Assembly (NCBI GenBank): GCA_963754925.1
Contig: CAVWHX010000009.1
Coordinates: 69,671-133,670 of the forward strand
Length of the DNA stretch: 64,000 nt
Direction: 5' to 3'
DNA from: an uncultured delta proteobacterium
GTDB lineage: Bacteria > Myxococcota > B64-G9
A model generated the notes under the pieces. That model was not told where the DNA came from, did not search any database, and saw only the letters and a program-made list of their open reading frames with translations. Shown piece by piece: positions 20,439 through 29,849 of this stretch (its first letter is position 1; every line of letters begins with the position of its first letter). The translations under genes and the position numbers were made by a program.

Positions 20439-20945
20439 ATGACCGCCTTGCAGAACCTTAAAGGGCTGGTGGTGATTGATGAGATCCAGCGACGCCCGGA
20501 GCTTTTCCCTATTCTGAGAGTCCTGGCGGATCGCGTTCCGCTGCCCGCGCGTTTTCTCATTTTAGGGAGCGCATCGCCGGCATTACTGCGTCAATCATCC
20601 GAATCGCTGGCGGGACGGCAAGAAACCATCTGCATCGGCGGCTTGATGCTCAACGATGTTGGGATACGACATCACGATCGACATTGGCTGCGCGGAGGGT
20701 TGCCGCTCTCTGGGGCAACCCATGCCGGCGCCGAACTGGATATATTGCTTATAAAGGGACGTCGTCGTATCGGGGTAGAAATCAAGCGGGCGGACGCGCC
20801 GGGCTTGACGCCCTCCATGAAGGTGGCGATGAGCGACCTAAGTTTACAAAAACTGTTTGTCATATATCCCGGTACAAAACGTTATTCACTTGCCCGGGAT
20901 ATTGAAGTTCTTCCGATGGCTCAGTTGTTGGATGCTTTGAAATGA
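20439..20945 (+). pseudogene. AAA+ ATPase (DUF4143-type) lacking its 5' end (P-loop region missing)
   Basis: Protein begins in the Walker-B region ([13 protein letters not shown]). Upstream in frame reads …[15 protein letters not shown] back to a stop near 20347, and no Walker A is present. A palindrome lies at the break. Confidence 0.6.
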
Positions 20946-21204
20946 TGAAGACTGCTTAAGCCATACCCACCCAAATTCGCATCTAGAGTTCTTTTGAAAC
21001 CGGATCTCCTTCCAAACATCATGATAGGCAAAAAGAAAGGAACAAAACTTGGCAGGAGTTTATGCAGAGCTTATTATTAAGAAAATAGGGCGACAGAACG
21101 ACACGGGGAATGAATGGGTCATCGCACGTCTAGGATGGAGAACCAGCTACTTGTCGTGGAGCTATGCAGAAGCTACAGAATAAATTGTTAGCGTGTGATA
21201 AATT

Positions 21205-21981
21205 ATGTCTTTTGACCAGCTTAAGCATGTATCTAGAATTTGCCATGGTGAAGGCAGCCATTTTTTGTTTGTTGAGGAATGGGATATCAAGAGGCAGTAT
21301 TTGGCTGTGTACAACCAAGATATACCTAAACTCGTTGATAAGTATAAATCGTCAAAAGAAGAGCCATATGAACTTGATCCAAAAATTACACTGGTTGACC
21401 AAGCGCCAAGGCTGCGCCTTTCTAGCTCATGCGAAGCAGCAGCTAATTTCTTATATTCAATGGCAGAGATAGCAGCTCAGTTTGGAAATAAAGTATCGAA
21501 AGGAGATCTTCCTTCATCTTTTAATAAATTAAGAAAAAATTATGAAGATGGCGCTTTCCGAGAGCTAGGCTTAGTTGAATGGGTGGATGATTTTCAATGG
21601 TATAAAAAGGTCAGAGAATTAAGAACCGAATGGGCTCACTTTTCAACCATATTTATAGGTAGGGATGATCGTGGAGAACCAATATTGGTTGTAAGGTCGC
21701 ACAGGCGCCATTCTGATAGAGAAGAGTTCAAAGGTAAAATAGAAATAAACATTGGTGATTTAGTTGGCTGGATAAATAAAGCTATTCATACAATTGATAG
21801 CTTTGGCAATTTTCTTCTAGTGAAATATATCGTGCCATCGCTTGATTTAAATAGAGAGTTTATTTCCCCTGTTTATGACAAGAATGGGTTTCCAATTATT
21901 AAACTAGATAATAGGTTTGAAGTGGAGACCATTACAGTTGAAGAACATTTGCGAAGATGCGGTATTACAATTCCACGCTAA
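21205..21981 (+). CDS. hypothetical protein (258 aa), first gene of an AT-rich four-gene cassette; contains an Rx4H motif (RTEWAH)
   Basis: ATG 21205. No recognisable family. Codon usage and G+C differ from the flanks. Confidence 0.5.
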   Translation: MSFDQLKHVSRICHGEGSHFLFVEEWDIKRQYLAVYNQDIPKLVDKYKSSKEEPYELDPKITLVDQAPRLRLSSSCEAAANFLYSMAEIAAQFGNKVSKGDLPSSFNKLRKNYEDGAFRELGLVEWVDDFQWYKKVRELRTEWAHFSTIFIGRDDRGEPILVVRSHRRHSDREEFKGKIEINIGDLVGWINKAIHTIDSFGNFLLVKYIVPSLDLNREFISPVYDKNGFPIIKLDNRFEVETITVEEHLRRCGITIPR

Positions 21982-22089
21982 CAAGGTTATCAGCTACGCG
22001 CCTTCGGAGCCGAACGCAAGCAAGCGTGCGCCGGTTATAACGGCGTTAGGTGGACCAAGGCAAACATCAAAGAAACCGAAGGAGGAAAT

Positions 22090-22539
22090 ATGCTTTTTAA
22101 AAAGCGGTATACAAAGAATGTGGCCAGAATTTATCAGTCTAATGATACTGATGAACAATTTGGCTTAATTGCAATCAATGGGGACATGAAGGAAAAACTG
22201 ATATCCAAATTCAAGGAAAATTATCAAATTCAAGGCAATCATATTAAAAATGGTGGTAAAACATCGGAACTTTGTATTCCTACCTTACTAGCGGGAGGTA
22301 CTGGAGCACTAAGTATGGCAGCAGCTACATCTGGTACATTATTCATGGCAACGGCAAATCCCGCCACTTTGATGGCTATTGGAAATGGAGTGGGTAGTGC
22401 TGTTATGGGTGCTGGGGGCATTCTTGCGCAAGCTCCATTTATATCTGTAGCCGGTGCGTTAATGCCTGTTGCTGCTCCATTACTTGCTTTTCAAGCTTTA
22501 TCAACAATAATGATTCTTCAACAGTTTAATCTGCTTTAA
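22090..22539 (+). CDS. small protein with C-terminal glycine-zipper-like membrane segment (149 aa)
   Basis: Soluble N-terminal half, then …LLAGGTGALSMAAATSGTLFMATANPATLMAIGNGVGSAVMGAGGILAQAPFISVAGALMPVAAPLLAF. Confidence 0.5.
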   Translation: MLFKKRYTKNVARIYQSNDTDEQFGLIAINGDMKEKLISKFKENYQIQGNHIKNGGKTSELCIPTLLAGGTGALSMAAATSGTLFMATANPATLMAIGNGVGSAVMGAGGILAQAPFISVAGALMPVAAPLLAFQALSTIMILQQFNLL

Positions 22540-22546
22540 TGAAAAG

Positions 22547-23281
22547 TTGGTCAGTATCGAAAAAACTATCAACCGTGTTTTGCAAAGAAATGAAGCTGCA
22601 TATATTGGTGAAGCCATTTCGGCATGTTCACGTCTCGACGGCTTAGAAAAAGAGTTTTCTGTAGCAAACAAATTTACTCAAGATATGATTATTCGATTAG
22701 CCCTAATTGAAGACAAGGTTAATCCAATATTTGAAAGATATAAATATTTGTATGAAGCACAAGATATTAATAAAAGATTGTCAGCCGAGGATTTGGGATT
22801 TAAACAAACCGATGCATACATTTTAATTGTTTTATCAATGCTTGATCTAAGAAATGATATTCTACGAGTTAAGCTTACAATTCAAGAAAATCCTGGTGTT
22901 ATAAAACAATCTGCAGAGAACTTGATTGGAAAAGTAGAGCGTTACCGAAAACTATGGATGGATATTGAAGAAAGCCCCAAAAGAGTCGCGGAAGTTTCAC
23001 AATCTATTAGAGATGCTGTTTCAGATATGAGATTTTGGAAAAAAAATATGCCTGGTTGGTTAGGCGGAAATCGTAAAGGCCGAAAAGAAATGCAAAAGCA
23101 AGCATCAGCTTTATCTACAAATAATTCCGTTGAAAAGGTGTCTAGTATAGTTGATAGTGCGAAATCTGCCATTGAAGTTGGAAATTCACTATTGTCAAAT
23201 GCAAAACCGGTTACATTACTTTATTGGGAAGATGATAATGGTAAACACTCATATTATACAGATGATGTTTTAATTCAATAA
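22547..23281 (+). CDS. hypothetical protein (about 244 aa; start uncertain, TTG at 22547 or a downstream ATG)
   Basis: Open frame begins 7 bp after the previous stop. Predicted helical/coiled-coil. No family recognised. Confidence 0.4.
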   Translation: MVSIEKTINRVLQRNEAAYIGEAISACSRLDGLEKEFSVANKFTQDMIIRLALIEDKVNPIFERYKYLYEAQDINKRLSAEDLGFKQTDAYILIVLSMLDLRNDILRVKLTIQENPGVIKQSAENLIGKVERYRKLWMDIEESPKRVAEVSQSIRDAVSDMRFWKKNMPGWLGGNRKGRKEMQKQASALSTNNSVEKVSSIVDSAKSAIEVGNSLLSNAKPVTLLYWEDDNGKHSYYTDDVLIQ

Positions 23282-23372
23282 TTCACCTAACAACGAGTTC
23301 AAACTGATTTGCAGGACAAGCCTGCAAACAGGTTAACTCAATGCTGGCCAACCAAAATTCATAGGTTCGACC

Positions 23373-24302
23373 ATGCCCAAACAACTATCTCCAGCAGCAG
23401 TGATGGCCTTAAAGGAAGCGCTCTGTTCGGTCTACTGGTACAAGTCTGACCTTCGAAGCTTCCTGGAACTGTGCCTGGCAGATCCATCGATACTCTCGCG
23501 ATTTGATTGGAGTAACTACAAGCGGCAAATCGTGTCGGACTTGATAGACGTTTTGGTTAAAAGCCCAGAAAAGCACATCGGTGACATAACGAAGATTTGC
23601 TATGAGCTTTGCAAAATCACAGACTACAACCACCTAAAGCAATTAGATGACGGAGATACAAAGGCAGAGCGAGCTCGCGCTGCTGTAAACCAGCTAAAGC
23701 AGCTGGTAGAACCCCACCAAGATTTCGAGAAGGAGCAAGAAGAGATTAGAAAGCGGCAGGAGATCGCCGCGAAGAAATTGAAAGAGAATCTGGCAGTTAG
23801 AAATAAGCTCGAAGAAATCAGGACTCGCTATCTTGGTCTTTTCGAGGCTGCTAACCCACAAAGCCGTGGTTACGAGCTTGAGAAAATCATGTACGATCTA
23901 TTCGAGCTGTTTGATTTAGATCCCAAGGCGTCATTCAAGAACACTGGCGAACAGATTGATGGAGCCTTCAAGCTTGAAGGAACAGAGTACTTATTCGAAG
24001 CAAAGTGGCAGAAAGAGATGGTTGATAAAGCCGACCTGTCAATATTCTCTGACAAGGTTCGAACAAAACTAGAAAACACGTTGGGGGTGTTCCTTTCGAT
24101 CAATGGCTACTCGCAAGAAGGCGTTACAGCTCATCAAGCTGGAGGATCAGCCATCATACTGATGGATGGAGGCGATTTGATGGCCGTCTTTGATGAGCGG
24201 ATTGATTTCGTGAGCTTACTGCTGCGTAAAAAGCGGCATGCCGCTCAAACAGGTAATATCTATCTCACTTATTTTCAAATTGCTGGATCTGAGAATGGCT
24301 AA
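23373..24302 (+). CDS. protein with N-terminal unknown domain, coiled coil, and C-terminal Mrr-type restriction-endonuclease (PD-(D/E)xK) domain
   Basis: C-terminus GYELEKIMYDLFELFDLD…GEQIDGAFKLEGTEYLFEAKWQK…GVFLSINGYS matches the Mrr_cat core (D, E-x-K). Confidence 0.6.
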   Translation: MPKQLSPAAVMALKEALCSVYWYKSDLRSFLELCLADPSILSRFDWSNYKRQIVSDLIDVLVKSPEKHIGDITKICYELCKITDYNHLKQLDDGDTKAERARAAVNQLKQLVEPHQDFEKEQEEIRKRQEIAAKKLKENLAVRNKLEEIRTRYLGLFEAANPQSRGYELEKIMYDLFELFDLDPKASFKNTGEQIDGAFKLEGTEYLFEAKWQKEMVDKADLSIFSDKVRTKLENTLGVFLSINGYSQEGVTAHQAGGSAIILMDGGDLMAVFDERIDFVSLLLRKKRHAAQTGNIYLTYFQIAGSENG

Positions 24303-24460
24303 CCAGTCGCTCAACCGGACACTGCCTCTGCGAGACACAGTCCGATCCTTTCGCGACGCAATGGGGTCGCCGGTTAGCTTCCATCGATAGGCGGAACGCA
24401 TAGTAAGGAGTCAACGATGCGAGGTAGTTTGCATATCACTGAAATCTCGTTTAGACTCTC

Positions 24461-25096
24461 TTGGTCAATTTGAGGACAAGTATGAACGACGCGCAAATCC
24501 GACATGCCTTTCACCGAAGGCTTCTCCGAAGACACCATGCCCAGACGGCGACTCGCGTAATTGACGAATTTGGTCTCCAACATGGCAGATCGCGAGCAGA
24601 TATCGTTGTTATAAATGAGACTCTCTCAGGTTACGAAATAAAGAGCGATCAAGACTCTCTGGAAAGATTGAGGTCACAGATCGAAAGCTATAATGCCGTA
24701 TTCGACCGAGTTTATATCATTGTTGCGACTCGTCACCTCCTTCGCGCGGTTGCACTAATCCCTCCATGGTGGGGCGTCATATCCGTCACTAAAGGCCCGC
24801 GAGGGGGTACTCGATTCGAACGCGTGCGTCCCTCCAAACCCAACGTCAGCGTCAACGATTACGCAGTTGCCCAGCTCTTATGGCGGGATGAAGCAATTGA
24901 ATTGCTAAGTAGCTTTGGCGCAAGAGGCACCCGACTCAGGGAGCCCAGATCCAGTCTCTACAGGTATCTTGTCGAGATGCTCGATTCCCACGACCTGCGT
25001 CGAGCCGTTAGAACCTATCTCAAACAACGCCCAGCGCGACCACATCTTGCGCCACCATCTCCAAATGGTGGTTCGTCCCAACCCATCGCCACGTAG
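24461..25096 (+). CDS. hypothetical protein with a putative PD-(D/E)xK-like core (sce7726-family-like)
   Basis: RSRADIVVINETLSGYEIKSDQD gives a D…E-x-K arrangement. Convergent with and overlapping the 3' end of a beta-protein-family gene. Family assignment from memory only. Confidence 0.4.
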   Translation: MVNLRTSMNDAQIRHAFHRRLLRRHHAQTATRVIDEFGLQHGRSRADIVVINETLSGYEIKSDQDSLERLRSQIESYNAVFDRVYIIVATRHLLRAVALIPPWWGVISVTKGPRGGTRFERVRPSKPNVSVNDYAVAQLLWRDEAIELLSSFGARGTRLREPRSSLYRYLVEMLDSHDLRRAVRTYLKQRPARPHLAPPSPNGGSSQPIAT

Positions 25097-26116
25097 TCAG
25101 ATTGCCGGTCGAAGCTTGACCTTGCGAGCATTTATAGATGTACTCGTCTCCTTTTGAAAACTTCCACCCGCGGTAGTACTTTTTTGCTCCTACAACCATG
25201 CTACACAAATCGCGGTATTGGTCGAACCCATTATCACGGACGTTCTTTCCCTTTACTAAAAGCCACCCGTCATCAACTGTATACCTTATGCTTGCAGATG
25301 GTTTCACTATTCTCATATCTATAGTGGGAACTTCGGGGTGGTTAATCGCATAGTCACCAAAACATGGGACCCGAACACCTAACTGTGCTAGCCGACTCGC
25401 AAGCATCTTGTACATACTCCACTCACTTCTAGGAATAATTGAAGCCCCAAGTCCAACAATTGCCATCGTGGATGGAAACGATGTCCCGATCAACACCAAC
25501 CTTCGCCAACGATCCAAGTTAGGAAAAACCCTAATAATCTCCTCCAGGATATTAACAAACCCGTCCATCGGATCAAAATTCGGTGCTTCTAAGTCAAGGA
25601 TTAGATCACAATCCTCTGGTTTCAGGCCGTAGCCCTCAATCAGATCCTTTACCAAGCCTAAAAAGCCTTTATTTGCCGTCTCATCGATACGTAACCTAAG
25701 AGCCAATCCACGCCCGTCCGCCCCAACAATCCTCCTAATAGACATCTGCATCCCTGGCGGTTCTACTAGCCTAACAACCGGGATAGCAAGTGCCTTTTTA
25801 GCTTTAAGTCATCAAATACGAATGTCAGCGCATCCTCGCCTTTGAGCATACGATTCGATGCTCCCACGAGCCGCAAGTCAACAAGGCACTCATCTCTTCC
25901 CCACTTCTCACTGACTCGTTGGGCAAATGGGCTAAGATGCTCATCGATTGTTTTAGATTGCTTCTGTTTCTCAAAATCGAAACCGATTTCAGCAACCTCG
26001 ATCAGAGGCAGTATGCTTTGCCGCGCACCAGCTGAAAGGTGTTTCAGGGCTTGATATTCGCCCTGTTTCCAGCGAAGGCAAGGAACGTATGGCATCCTAT
26101 TAACTTCCACCGACAA
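25020..26116 (-). CDS. beta-protein-family (PF14350-like) protein, split by a 1-bp frameshift in a T5 run (25795-25799)
   Basis: N-terminus MPYVPCLRWKQGEYQAL is typical of the family. Adding one A to the A5 run joins …FVFDDLKLKKALAIPVVRLVEPPGMQMSIRR… (116+243 aa). Confidence 0.5.
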
Positions 26117-26127
26117 CCTCCTTACTC

Positions 26128-27438
26128 TCAGATGCCAAACGACGCTTCCGGGAAATGTTTTCGCACTTCACCTTGCCCCACCAAGTCATTTAGAATGACG
26201 TAATTCCTGGCCTCATACCTGATTCGACCAGCCACAATTGCTGAGCTTATACCTAGCTGTTCCGCCAGCATCTTCACCGATTGCGGTGACCGCACGTATC
26301 GCGCAAGTGCACGGCTCCATATCGCAGCTGGTATAAGCACCTCCCCCGTAAGCTTGTCCGCCTCTACTTCACTCTTATCCTCGTCAGAAGCATCCAAATC
26401 GTCGAAAACCCCTTCGATTGCACCCTTCTGCAGGTGCTTTAAGACATGAAAGATCTCATGGAAAAGAACAAACCAGAAGTTGTCAAGACGGTCGTACCTA
26501 AGCGTCAAGCCAATTATGGGCAGGTATCCATCATATAGAATCGCTGCTCCGTCCAAATGAGTGCTGGGCAAATGCGACTCTACTACAAGTGGAATACCTG
26601 CCTTTTGCAGGATAGTCCTCGCACAGGCCGGCCCATTTGGCAGAGCACTACTCCTCACGAGTTCCGCAATGCACTCTGAGGTTAGTAGCTCAGGTCGATA
26701 TCTTTCTCCGACGTCAGCCCGCTTTGCCAAAGCAATAACACGGCATTCCCATGCCAAGAGCGAAAATTTATCAACTGATGAACCAGAGCGTACCTTCATG
26801 CTGTGTAATGCAACTGCTGGCTTTCGAGAAACACTGGTTATATAATCTTCGACAAGTGATTCAGTGTTACGCAGTGCTGCATCAAGCGATCCAGAATACC
26901 CCTCAAGCCAGCCTCGCTTATACATCTCCCTAATAGGAAACTTGCTCCAGTCAATTTTCTCTAAATTCCTCGCTCTCCGAGACAAAGACTCATCCACTAT
27001 CCGAGCGGACTCAGTTATCTTTAGGTTCAGTGCCTCAGCAATCTCTCGAAGACGTCGTAGACTTGCCATGAAATACTCATCAGACTCATACCGCTGAATC
27101 TGTTGCTCCTTTAACCCAACTAGTTCAGCGAGCTGTCGTTGTGATAAGCCTCTGGCTATACGCGCCCGAATTAGAATCCGAGGCAATTCGTCTAGGCTTG
27201 CTGCTTCGAGTTTGGTGACTCCACCCGACTTGAGTTCCTCATATTCATGTATTTCGTCTGAGAGCACTTTTAACTCGCTCCGAAGTGCCTCCAGCTCCGC
27301 TGTTGCCAGAATTTCCGATCCCACACGGTTAGCAACAGCTCGCGAATCGAATTCTTCGATTCCCTTCTGTAACTCACCAAGCCTCCGCTTCGATATGCGA
27401 TATTGACGTTCGTTCGAAATCATCACACTAGCCTCCAC
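26128..27438 (-). CDS. XRE-family HTH domain fused to ImmA/IrrE-type zinc metallopeptidase
   Basis: HTH LSQRQLAELVGLKEQQIQRYE in the middle. HExxH (LFHEIFHVL) in the C-terminal domain. 11-bp overlap with the downstream small nucleotidyltransferase gene. Confidence 0.8.
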   Translation of the reverse strand: MEASVMISNERQYRISKRRLGELQKGIEEFDSRAVANRVGSEILATAELEALRSELKVLSDEIHEYEELKSGGVTKLEAASLDELPRILIRARIARGLSQRQLAELVGLKEQQIQRYESDEYFMASLRRLREIAEALNLKITESARIVDESLSRRARNLEKIDWSKFPIREMYKRGWLEGYSGSLDAALRNTESLVEDYITSVSRKPAVALHSMKVRSGSSVDKFSLLAWECRVIALAKRADVGERYRPELLTSECIAELVRSSALPNGPACARTILQKAGIPLVVESHLPSTHLDGAAILYDGYLPIIGLTLRYDRLDNFWFVLFHEIFHVLKHLQKGAIEGVFDDLDASDEDKSEVEADKLTGEVLIPAAIWSRALARYVRSPQSVKMLAEQLGISSAIVAGRIRYEARNYVILNDLVGQGEVRKHFPEASFGI

Positions 27439-27853
27439 CCAATTCTTTGAGATGCAGGCGAATAATCCCCTTCTTCTTTCCCGTCTCTTTGTCCTTTTGG
27501 AAATAATCTACGAAGAAAAGAGAACTATCTGCTCGTGCGCTCGACGGGAAGAATTCACCTCCGTATTTCAATTTCTGTTTGCGACGTTTGTCTGAGAAAT
27601 CCAAGAACACTGGGTTTAGCTTTACAGTGTCAACACCAGTAGGATCCCAGCACACGTCATAGTCACCAGGTCTCGGTTTCTCCGTTACAAAGCTCCCATC
27701 CAGGAACACCTCTTTGCATCCTGCCGCCTTAAGCAATCTACAGGCGTTCACCAATCCAAAAAACAGCTTTCGTCTAACCTCAGAACTTCCGAACCGCTCC
27801 CTTACTTCTTGAAGTGTTGCATCGTGAATCCCCGGTGACGTGCCCCCGTTCAT
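27428..27853 (-). pseudogene. small nucleotidyltransferase-fold protein interrupted near its 5' end by the IS3-family element
   Basis: DGSFVTEKPRPGDYDV fits the GS-x9-D-x-D motif of Pol-beta-type nucleotidyltransferases. The first 6 codons of this ORF are read from the IS terminus. The native 5' end (…MVLPP) lies at 29112-29199 on the far side of the IS and joins in frame across the duplicated CCGG. Confidence 0.5.
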
Positions 27854-27864
27854 AGGACCACTCT

Positions 27865-28776
27865 CTATGAGAGTTGTTCATGGTTAACCATCGTTCCTTT
27901 ATCCATAGCAACACCAGTTTTCAGAGCGAAGGGAGCCGGAGGCGACCGAAGCTCTGAAAACTGTCGCGCGAACTCCGCCGGTGTCTCCTGTCCCAGCGAA
28001 CTGTGCGGCCGCACATGATTGTAATCCATCCGCCATGATTCGATTTTATTACGAGCATCTTGTAGATTTATAAACCAATGTTGATTGAGACATTCATCTC
28101 GAAATTTGCCGTTGAAGCTTTCGATCAAGGCATTCTGCACCGGCTTGCCCGGCTCGATAAAATGCAACTGCACCCCATGCCGGTACGCCCAGAGGTCCAG
28201 CGCACGACTCGTGAACTCCGGACCGTTATCCGTCACCATCGCTTCGGGATACCTACCCCGTTCAGCGGCAATATCGTCCAAAATCCTGGCCACCCGGCTG
28301 CCGGAAATGGACGTGTCTACGGGTAAGGCAAGACTCTCTCGACTGAATTCATCCAGCACGCTCAACACCTTCAACCGTCGCCCATCTGAGAGACAATCAG
28401 ATAGAAAATCCATCGACCATCGCTCGTTGAGTCCTTCCGGAAGACGCAGCGGCTGCCGCGCGATGCTCCGGTATCTCTTGCGCTGCTTCTTCCTCACGCT
28501 CAATCCCTCTTGCCGATACAGCCGATACACCCGCTTGTGATTCACCACATACCCTTCCCGCCGCAATAACACCTGCAACCGTCGATATCCGAAGCGTACC
28601 CGCTGCGCCGCAAGCTCTAAAAGACGCTCCCGCAACTGCGGATACAGTTGGCCTACCGAACGGTACCGAAAGCTCGATCGCCCGATCCTCATCAGCCCGC
28701 AGGCGCGTCGTTCGCTCACCCCAAATTCCTCGCGGGCATGCACAACGGCCTGCTTTCGCGCTGCGGGCTTCACCAT
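27865..28776 (-). CDS. IS3-family transposase OrfB (DDE integrase core)
   Basis: rve-type core with DxxD…E spacing (WSMDFLSD…VTDNGPEF…ESFNGKFRDECLN). Confidence 0.9.
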   Translation of the reverse strand: MVKPAARKQAVVHAREEFGVSERRACGLMRIGRSSFRYRSVGQLYPQLRERLLELAAQRVRFGYRRLQVLLRREGYVVNHKRVYRLYRQEGLSVRKKQRKRYRSIARQPLRLPEGLNERWSMDFLSDCLSDGRRLKVLSVLDEFSRESLALPVDTSISGSRVARILDDIAAERGRYPEAMVTDNGPEFTSRALDLWAYRHGVQLHFIEPGKPVQNALIESFNGKFRDECLNQHWFINLQDARNKIESWRMDYNHVRPHSSLGQETPAEFARQFSELRSPPAPFALKTGVAMDKGTMVNHEQLS

Positions 28777-29036
28777 TTTCTTGAGTTGATATCCCTCAAG
28801 ATCTGGTTGTCGAGAGTGAGATCGGCCACGGCACGCTTCAGCCTTCGGTTTTCTTCCTCAAGCTGCTTCAGCCGCCGCGCCTCGCTGACGTCCATCCCGC
28901 CGTACTTGGATTTCCAACGGTAGTACGTTTGTTCGCAGAAGCCATGTGTGCGACAGAGATCAGACAGCTTCACCCCCGCTTCGGCTTCTTTCAATATCCC
29001 GATGATCTTATCCTCAGAAAACCGTTTCCCTTTCAT
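28770..29036 (-). CDS. IS3-family transposase OrfA (HTH)
   Basis: MKGKRFSEDKIIGILKEAEAGVKLSDLCRTHG…leucine zipper. Stop overlaps the OrfB start, allowing a -1 frameshift fusion. Confidence 0.9.
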   Translation of the reverse strand: MKGKRFSEDKIIGILKEAEAGVKLSDLCRTHGFCEQTYYRWKSKYGGMDVSEARRLKQLEEENRRLKRAVADLTLDNQILRDINSRKW

Positions 29037-29507
29037 TGAGCAAGCTCCTTTCCGGCATTCTAGCCGAAGGAACTCTCATTGAAAATGGTCCAGTTTTTGG
29101 GGGGCAGGTCACCGGAGGTAGCACCATCCAAGATGCACCGATGTCAACGAAGTCCGGTATCATCGACACAACAATATAATTGTGTTCATTCATTGTCAAG
29201 GTTTAACTCAACGTCAGTTTATTTAAGCTAACGGCTATCTTCACCGCTCCCTACTCACAACTAGTTGCAATCATTTTAGAAAACTATTATATTATAATGG
29301 GTTGCCGATCGACTGGCAGCCTGATCGCCGCCGGACGGAGCAAGAGAGAGGGGCTTTCTTGTGGACAATTCCAAAGTGCGGTATTGGGCGGGGGCGTCCG
29401 GGGTCGCGGGGTTCGGATGAAGTTCTTTGGGAGTTTCGTTAGCCCTAACAAGAGCGCTGGCGGGTGCTCCGCACCGCTTAGCCCAGGGATATGGATTCTA
29501 AATAACA

Positions 29508-29816
29508 ATGAGACGTGGTGAATTCATATTTAATCTCTTCTTCCTTCTTGGCCCAATAATTTTTTGCTCAATTATAGTCATGTCGATGTGCCACTCAACT
29601 GTGTATATCATTATTATTTTTCTCTTGTACTTGATGGGGTTTGTTTTATTCCTAATAGCCAAAATCTCAGTTTTTAAAAAAGGTATACGTGTCTCTTTTG
29701 GTGCGAAGCAAATGTCACGCTTATATCGATCTTTTTATATTTCTGGTTATATTTTAATGGGTATAGGTTTATTTCTTTTAATAATGGTTCTGGTGTTTAG
29801 AAATGTCATTAAGTAA
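29508..29816 (+). CDS. small hydrophobic protein, about 3 TM helices
   Basis: Strongly hydrophobic 102-aa ORF in an AT-rich segment directly upstream of the EcsC-family gene. Confidence 0.35.
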   Translation: MRRGEFIFNLFFLLGPIIFCSIIVMSMCHSTVYIIIIFLLYLMGFVLFLIAKISVFKKGIRVSFGAKQMSRLYRSFYISGYILMGIGLFLLIMVLVFRNVIK

Positions 29817-29849
29817 AAGATCGAACGAGCGCATTAAGGCGGAACTATC

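Larger units (their letters stand above)
27836..29111 (-). mobile_element. IS3-family insertion sequence, intact (1276 bp), 4-bp target duplication CCGG
   Basis: Imperfect TIRs TGACGTGCCCCCG… and …GGGGGGCAGGTCA (TGA…TCA termini), flanked by CCGG at 27832-27835 and 29112-29115. Encodes OrfA and OrfB overlapping at AGAAAATGGTGA. Confidence 0.85.

Noticed and set aside
22539-22547. Possibility that cassette ORF2 and ORF3 are one gene joined by yet another homopolymer indel
   Set aside because: ORF2 ends in a complete hydrophobic domain with its own stop and ORF3 has plausible downstream ATG starts, so I kept them separate. Cannot be excluded given the indel rate.
29297-29521. 74-aa ORF MGCRSTGS… starting at the first 26-bp direct repeat
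   Set aside because: Low-complexity G/R-rich translation without RBS. More likely non-coding sequence associated with the repeat than a gene.
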